Assembly (NCBI RefSeq): GCF_006345805.1
Contig: NW_021830271.1
Coordinates: 1 to 5,000 of the forward strand
Source: Octopus sinensis
Lineage: Eukaryota
DNA length: 5,000 bases
Direction: 5' to 3'
Positions 1 to 5,000 of this stretch are shown in pieces. The position numbers and the translations under genes are program-made. Position 1 is the first letter of the stretch. The number at the start of each line of letters is the position of its first letter. The notes below the pieces were generated by a model, which searched no databases, was not told where the DNA came from, and worked only from the letters and a program-made list of their open reading frames with translations.

Positions 1-78
1 ACATACAACATACACACACATCTATATACACACGTATACAATAACACATACAAATATATATATATGTGCATACATACG

Positions 79-111
<33 letters not shown>

Positions 112-318
112 ATGTGTGTGTATATGTGTATGTATATATTATGTATGTATGTATATGTATATATATACAAACATGCATACACAAACACGCACCAAAATAT
201 ATGAAAAATATACTAATATATATACATAAAAAATTATAAAATATATACATACACACACATATACATACATACATACATACACACACATGTACACACGTAC
301 ACACATACATGCATACCT
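1..318. repeat. Compound degenerate dinucleotide microsatellite: (AC)/(AT) block, then (GT)/(AT) block, then (AC)/(ACAT) block
   Basis: Seen directly: near-continuous purine-pyrimidine alternation; AC-rich ~1-70, GT-rich ~89-155, AC/ACAT-rich ~157-318. Confidence 0.95.
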
Positions 319-549
319 ATATGCGTGGAAACGTATCGACGTTTGTAATAAATTGGAAGGAAAATACGCCAAATGGGAACAATTTACTTATCAATGGAAC
401 TTCTTTTTCCCTGGAGGAGGACCATTTCAAAAGAGTTACAATACAAACTTAGGTGTATAATCACAAAAGTCTCCCTCAAGACTTATTTAACGAAATAAGA
501 TTGTGATGAAGAAAACAATCCCGGCAAGAATGCCTTCACGTTCACACAC

Positions 550-676
550 TCGGCGGCGACGCCGTCAACCTCGTCGCCATCGTCGCCATCGGAGTCATCG
601 GAGTCATCGGCGTCGTCGTCGTTGTTGTTGTTGTTGTTGTGTTGTTGTTGGTGGTGGTGGTGGTGGTGGTGGTGGT
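550..676. repeat. Compound trinucleotide repeat grading CGG/CGT/CAT to GTC, GTT and GGT
   Basis: Seen directly: 9-mers TCGTCGCCA x2 and TCGGAGTCA x2, then (GTC)n, (GTT)n and (GGT)n ending at 676. Confidence 0.95.
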
Positions 677-689
677 GTATACTTTTTTA

Positions 690-957
690 ATTGTTTTATT
701 CGTTTGCTGGTTTCAGTTATTGGATTGCGGCCATACTGGAGCACCGCCTTGAACGCTTTGAGTCGAACAAATACATTCCAGAACTTATTTTTATTTATTT
801 ATTTATGTATTTATTTATCTATTTATTTATCTATTTATTTATTTACTTGTTTGGTTTAAGTTTGGTATTTGTATTGGTATCCGACTCTTTCGCTAAAACA
901 CTCAGTTACGGGAACATAAACAAGCCAATACCGGTTGTCAACCAGTGGGAGGACATA
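690..957 (-). mobile_element. 3' half of an abundant Octopus-type SINE; tRNA head and CORE part absent; interrupted by a microsatellite
   Basis: Motifs GCGGCCATACTGGAGCACCGCCTTGAA (727-753) and CAGTTACGGGAACATAAACAAGCCAATACCGGTTGTCAA (903-941) match, from memory, the reverse complement of the 3' region of a very common Octopus SINE. As I recall, that region follows an internal (GT)n tract, here the (AC)n at 958-996. Family identity and boundaries need a Dfam/Repbase check. Confidence 0.7.
785..845. repeat. (ATTT)n/(ATCT)n tetranucleotide microsatellite inside the minus-strand SINE
   Basis: Seen directly: TATT units with occasional TATC/TATG variants. Confidence 0.95.
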
Positions 958-1072
958 CACGCACTCACACTCACTTGCACACACACACACACACTCAAAT
1001 ACGTGTATATGTATAATTATACATATATGATATTTATCTATCCATATATATGTGAGTGTGTGTGTGTGTGTA
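958..1072. repeat. Degenerate (AC)n, (AT)n and (GT)n tract
   Basis: Seen directly: AC-rich 958-996, AT-rich middle, pure (GT)8 at 1056-1071. Confidence 0.9.
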
Positions 1073-1318
1073 GGCGCGTGGCTAGTGGTTAGGGTGTCAG
1101 CATCATGATCGTAAGATTGTGGTTTCGATTCCTGGACCGGGCGACGCGTTGTGTTCTTGAGCAAAACACTTCATTTCACGTTGCTCCAGTCCACTCAGCT
1201 GGCAAAAATGAGTAACGCTGCGATGGACTGGCGTCCCGTCCAGCTGGGGAACCCATACGACATTGGAACCGGGAAACCGGGCCCATGAGCCTGGCTAGGC
1301 TTTAAAACGGCGCATTTA
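1073..1318 (+). mobile_element. Apparently full-length tRNA-derived CORE-type SINE (copy A)
   Basis: tRNA-like head with A box TGGCTAGTGG (1079-1088) and B box GTTTCGATTCC (1122-1132). Central TGTGTTCTTGAGCAAAACACTTCATTTCACGTTGCTCCAGTCCACTCAGCTGGCAAAAATGAGTA resembles the CORE-SINE (MIR-like) core TGTGACCTTGGGCAAGTCACTT...CTGTAAAATGGG. Its 3' domain recurs at 3957-4058 and 4261-4331. A simple-repeat tail follows. Confidence 0.9.
1079..1132 (+). promoter_or_regulatory. RNA Pol III type-2 internal promoter (A box + B box) of SINE copy A, slightly degenerate
   Basis: A box is 1 nt shorter than TRGCNNARYGG; B box GTTTCGATTCC differs from GGTTCGANTCC at one position; spacing is tRNA-like. Confidence 0.7.
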
Positions 1319-1343
1319 TCTTTTATCTATCTATATATCTATA

Positions 1344-1408
<65 letters not shown>
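1319..1408. repeat. SINE tail: (TCTA)-like units, (TA)18 at 1346-1381, then (GT)13 at 1383-1408
   Basis: Seen directly. Confidence 0.95.
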
Positions 1409-1417
<9 letters not shown>

Positions 1418-1763
1418 TGAGCATGTGTGCATGTATGAACTATGAGTCCACTGCATCTTATAGCAGAAACAACTGTGAGCTAATGAACGTTGCAAGATAA
1501 TTGTTGATTCATTTCATCGCATTCCCGATCGAAGTATACCTATGGTCGTAGGTGGTCAGTCAACACCAATCCAGGATATTTTCCAGGCTGCGTATACCTA
1601 AGGCGACATTATTTAGCATGTCCTTCCTGTGTTTTGATTCGAGGGACATTAGATTGTTATTTCTGTGAACGACCTTGTGAGTTCCTTCTCATTTGTTCAT
1701 TGTTTCAATTATTTGTTGCCAACAGAGAAACACAATTTGCATTTGTGAAATAACAAGAAGCAT

Positions 1764-2096
1764 ATGAACGTGTGTATATGTGTGTGTGTGTGTGTGTATG
1801 TGTGTGTGTGTGTGTGTGTGTGTCTATGTATGTATTCATATGTGCATGTACGTATGTATTGTGTTACACTGAGTATCTGTATGCATGAGTGTGTGTGTGT
1901 CTGTATTTATGCATATAAGCGAACATGTGCGTACGAGTGGATGTGATACAGTGTGTGCGCGCACATGCATGTCAGTCATTGCGCTTGTGTGTGTATTCAT
2001 GTACGTGTTGTGTGTATGTGCGTACGGATGTACGAATAGGTCTTGTAGTGAGTGTGTGAGTGTTAGTGTGTATGCACATGTGAATTGTACTCGTGT

Positions 2097-2183
<87 letters not shown>
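1764..2183. repeat. Long degenerate (GT)n region ending in a perfect (GT)42 at 2099-2182
   Basis: Seen directly: about 420 bp of mostly alternating purine-pyrimidine sequence. Confidence 0.97.
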
Positions 2184-2184
<1 letters not shown>

Positions 2185-2263
2185 CGTTAACCAGAAATCA
2201 AAGTAGACATCAGTCTTATTGCCATTACATTTAACATCGCCATGTCATCACCGTTTTTTCTTT

Positions 2264-2405
2264 ATCATCACCACCATCAACACCATCATCATCAACACCA
2301 TCATCATCAACACCATCATCATCAACACCATCACCAACGTTATCATCATTATTACCACTACCACCACCACCACCACCACAACCGCCACCAGCAGCAATAA
2401 CGTCG
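2264..2405. repeat. Compound CAT/CAC/CAA trinucleotide repeat with a 15-bp higher-order unit (CACCATCATCATCAA)x3 at 2281-2325
   Basis: Seen directly: three exact 15-mers plus one variant at 2326-2340, then (ACC)n. Confidence 0.95.
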
Positions 2406-2680
2406 ATTTGTTAGTCACTGTCAATGCACAAGAAGTTTGAAACAGTTTGTTTAAAAAAAATTTTGCGGGTTCAAATCGTGTTATAAACATACAAAATGTG
2501 TGAAGGGTTCCCATACATTGCCAACCCAGGAAACCTGACAGGAGATGACATTGCCAAGATGATTTGATAGGTTTTGGGTTCAATTCTACTTCAAGACGTT
2601 TTATTATGCTTTCGTTCGTTATTTTACTGGCTTTCGTTTTACTGGAACAGCGGAAGTACATCTAGCAGAGTTTCTATTTT

Positions 2681-2699
2681 TGCTGCTGTTGTTGTTGTT

Positions 2700-2740
<41 letters not shown>

Positions 2741-2756
2741 CGTCGTCGTCGTCGTC
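2681..2756. repeat. (GCT)/(GTT)n/(GTC)n trinucleotide microsatellite
   Basis: Seen directly. Confidence 0.97.
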
Positions 2757-2869
2757 TTTGGGTGGGGCAATACACACTATATCCGCTGAGAACGTTACTT
2801 GCAATCGTCTTGTTTTTTAAGCGGAGAGGGACTTGTTACCGCATGAACTTACATTAGGAAACTTGAGCT

Positions 2870-3230
2870 AAAAATTTAAGTGGTCCTTAATGGCATTCAA
2901 CAAAAATTATAGATTGGCCCTTAATATTATTCGAACGAAACAAAAGACTTATCCTTAATGGCTGTCGACAAGAATTAAGGACTGACCATATTGGCGTTCA
3001 GCAGAAATTAAGGCCTAGCCCTCAATGCTATGCAACTAGGATCAAACACTAACCCTCAAAATCATAATTTAGAAATAGCACTTGGCTTTACTGTAATCAT
3101 TCTACCGCGAAGAATTGTCTTGAAACCGGAAATAAGGTGTGCCCTCCAATGCTTTTGAACTACACCTGCACACAGAACCGTTAAAATAATTCAATTGGTT
3201 CTAAACACTGAGACTTAATATATTATAGTT
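2870..3230. repeat. Degenerate ~34-bp tandem repeat (minisatellite) whose unit contains a 7-6-7 inverted repeat
   Basis: CCTTAAT at 2885, 2919 and 2953 (period exactly 34). Alignable units: 2870-2903, 2904-2937, 2938-2971, 2972-3004, 3005-3038, 3039-3072. More degenerate units at 3129-3162, 3163-3196 and 3197-3230. Confidence 0.75.
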
Positions 3231-3324
3231 GAACACGGGCTCTTAATAGAATGCAGCATTAGCCCTTAAAATTCCCGCGTAGTATTGGACATATTCACAA
3301 GTGTTTGGATCCTGACTCAATGCA

Positions 3325-3600
3325 AGGGGGAGATATTAAAGAAAATGAGAGAATAGAGATGTAGCATGGAATGAGGTGTAGAGGGAGTAGAGGCGATTGA
3401 ATGAGAAGAATTGGGAGAAGGAGAGATTGATAGAATAGTTGTGAGAATACGAGAAATTGGATGAAAAATAGAGGAAAATGAATAGCATTTTAATGGGGGA
3501 TTTTTTTTACCTTGGGAAATTGAATTGTGTTGATGAAGAGATAAGAAGGAATGGGTGGACTGAAGTCATAAATCGGGATTTAAAGTTTTAGTTAAGTAGG
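3325..3600. repeat. Purine-rich, C-depleted low-complexity tract
   Basis: Only 3 C in the 150 nt from 3331 to 3480; recurrent GAGAA/GAAT words. Confidence 0.7.
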
Positions 3601-3647
3601 CGAAAATGAGAGCCTGGCTGGATATAAATATAAAATTAGGGCAGCTG

Positions 3648-3765
3648 AATGTGTGTGTGTGTTTATCTATGTATATGTTTATATTCATATATATGTATAT
3701 GAATGTATACATGGGTGTGTGTATATATGTGTGTGGGTATATATAAATTTATGTATGCATATATG
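3648..3765. repeat. Degenerate (GT)/(AT) microsatellite
   Basis: Seen directly. Confidence 0.9.
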
Positions 3766-3885
3766 TAGAAGTAGAGTACATATGATAACATGATGGCTGT
3801 CACTCATAACCGAGAAAAACTATCACTGACCATTGCCCATGCAAAATGCGAGCAATGTTTGAGCCGAATTTTTGCGTCCTATAAT

Positions 3886-4058
3886 GCGTTGTGTTCTTGA
3901 GCAAAGCACTTCATTTCACGTTGCTCCAGTCCACTCAGCTGGCAAAAATGAGTAATCCTGCGACGGACCGGCGTCCCGTCCATGTGGGGAATTTCAACGC
4001 CACTGAAACCGTGAAACCGGCCCTTATGAGCCTGGCATGACTCGAGAAGGAACATTTA
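3886..4058 (+). mobile_element. 5'-truncated CORE-type SINE (copy B), no tRNA head
   Basis: 3886-3955 matches 1146-1215 at 69/70 nt; 3956-4020 matches 1216-1280 at 50/65 nt without gaps; both copies end in CATTTA. No A or B box upstream. Confidence 0.9.
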
Positions 4059-4070
4059 AGTGGAGGCACA

Positions 4071-4125
4071 TGGCCTAGTGGCTAGAGCAGCGGATTCGTG
4101 GTCGAAGGATTGCGGGTTCGAATCT
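4071..4125 (+). promoter_or_regulatory. Near-consensus Pol III A box + B box of SINE copy C
   Basis: TGGCCTAGTGG fits TRGCNNARYGG; GGTTCGAATC fits GGTTCGANTC. Confidence 0.8.
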
Positions 4126-4348
4126 CAGACCGAGTGATGTGTGTGTTTATGAGCGAAACACCTGAGCTCCACGCGGCTCCGACAGAAGGTAAAGGCGAAT
4201 TTCTGCTGACTCTTTCGGCACAACTTTCTCTCACTCTTTCCTCCAGTATCTTGCAGCTCACCTGCGACGGACCGACGCCTCGTCCAGATGGGGAACCTAT
4301 GCCCCAAGGAAACTGGGAAACTGGCCCTATGCTCCACAAAGGGCAAGT

Positions 4349-4424
4349 AGAAAAAGAAGAAAAGAAGAAGAAGAAGAAGAAGAAGAAGAAGAAGAAGAAG
4401 AAGAAGAAAAGAAGAAGAAGAAAA
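4349..4424. repeat. (GAA)n tail with a pure (GAA)15 at 4364-4408
   Basis: Seen directly: 76-nt homopurine run. Confidence 0.97.
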
Positions 4425-4895
4425 GGCTTTCCACGACACCTCATTGACCCTCTCCACCCTACTGACTTTGCTCGGAGAAAGCTGAAGCATAATACCTAGA
4501 GACAATATGGATCGCAGGCCCAGGAATGTGAAAGCGTCATGATCTCAAGCGCAATGGAAAGGCCCCTAAAATGTCCAATGCCATTCCCTGCATATCTGGT
4601 TTTATATCAGTGACCTTCACCAAGAGACAAGCTTAAACAAAGGCAGGGGTTCCCCAGCACGCAGGACACCAGCCTAGAATTTCTAGTGCCAGTGCTATTG
4701 CTAGATGGAGGTTGACCCCTTCACAGGATTCATCCGTCCTTCTGACAGGTCTAGTTTTCAGTCCTGCTGGATTTCTAGCAACCCTTCCCCCCAGCCTCAT
4801 AGAGGTGACGGTTTCGTCGCTGACCACTCGACGATGCAACCGATTGTACCAGATTCTATGTTAACAGTAGCACTCATGAAAGACCTCACAAGAGT

Positions 4896-5000
4896 ACATA
4901 CACACACATGTACATTTATATATAATATATATATATATATATAAAATAGTAATGCAATACGAGAGTATTTACTTCTTATGTATATATATATATATATATA
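4896..5000. repeat. (AC)/(TA)n microsatellites running off the window end
   Basis: Seen directly at 4896-4943 and 4981-5000. Confidence 0.9.

Larger units (their letters stand above)
4062..4424 (+). mobile_element. tRNA-derived SINE (copy C) with a variant central module, the shared 3' domain and a (GAA)n tail
   Basis: A box TGGCCTAGTGG (4071-4081); B box GGTTCGAATCT (4115-4125); head resembles tRNA-Arg/Thr (isotype not resolvable by eye). 4126-4180 aligns to copy A after its B box. 4261-4331 is homologous to the 3' domain of copies A and B. Purine tail at 4349-4424. Confidence 0.9.

Noticed and set aside
318-455. Short open frames (e.g. plus-strand ATG at 321, 44 aa) and a possible minus-strand exon bounded by CAG and GTATGC
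   Set aside because: No recognisable homology; the only open frame of the putative exon ends in a stop at the donor site; such splice-like motifs are expected by chance.
1073-1140. tRNA genes at the heads of copies A and C (1073-1140 and 4062-4135)
   Set aside because: Acceptor and anticodon stems do not pair properly, and both heads continue into SINE bodies.
1534-1600. 9-bp direct repeat GTATACCTA (1534-1542, 1592-1600) with a small ACCTA/TAGGT hairpin
   Set aside because: Too short to distinguish from chance; no terminal inverted repeats between the copies.
2463-2588. Isolated B-box-like words TTGCGGGTTCAAATC (2463-2477) and GGGTTCAATTCT (2577-2588)
   Set aside because: No A box at suitable spacing and no downstream SINE body; at most very old relics.
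2515-2646. Short direct repeats ACATTGCCAA (2515, 2548) and a local GCTTTCG...TTTTACTGG duplication
   Set aside because: Only two copies each; consistent with ordinary slippage duplication.
139-2804. ORF-track proteins rich in V/C/Y/M, T/H, poly-R, poly-G, poly-N or poly-V
   Set aside because: They are largely translations of di- and trinucleotide microsatellites, which are stop-poor by composition, and none shows a recognisable domain.
2870-3230. CRISPR-like reading of the 34-bp periodic array
   Set aside because: Eukaryotic context, no invariant repeat alternating with unique spacers, and no cas genes; the units are contiguous degenerate tandem copies.
4164-4208. Resemblance to an HDV/CPEB3-like ribozyme: AGC-TCCACGCG-GCT as P3/L3, and GGCGAAT-TTCTGCTG as J4/2-P2'
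   Set aside because: I could not find the 5' strands of P1 or P2 upstream, nor the GG needed for P1.1, so the nested double pseudoknot cannot be built. An Infernal or RNArobo search would settle it.
4082-4505. Three overlapping ORFs of 120-133 aa with poly-K, poly-F or poly-L
   Set aside because: They lie over SINE copy C and its (GAA)n tail and are not credible coding sequence.
1-5000. Hammerhead ribozyme core (CTGANGA...GAAA), as found in Penelope-like elements and some SINEs
   Set aside because: A manual scan found no CTGANGA on either strand.

Overview
Eukaryotic non-coding DNA (intronic or intergenic), most likely from an octopus or other coleoid cephalopod. That assignment rests on the extreme microsatellite density and on my recall of abundant Octopus SINE sequences, not on a database search. 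No protein-coding gene is supportable: the listed ORFs mostly run through simple repeats or SINEs, and none is a recognisable protein. The window holds four SINE copies. (1) The 3' half of a SINE on the minus strand (~690-957), split by an (ATTT)n expansion. (2) An apparently full-length tRNA-headed CORE-type SINE (1073-1318) between two (TA)/(GT) tracts. (3) A 5'-truncated relative of it (3886-4058). (4) Directly behind that, a tRNA-headed SINE with a different middle module, the same 3' domain and a (GAA)n tail (4062-4424). The rest is di-, tri- and tetranucleotide repeats, a C-depleted purine-rich tract and a few unexplained complex stretches. The most unusual unexplained structure is a degenerate 34-bp tandem array (~2870-3230) whose consensus unit holds an internal inverted repeat, ATTAAGG-N6-CCTTAAT. 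The SINE copies also show modular domain sharing.
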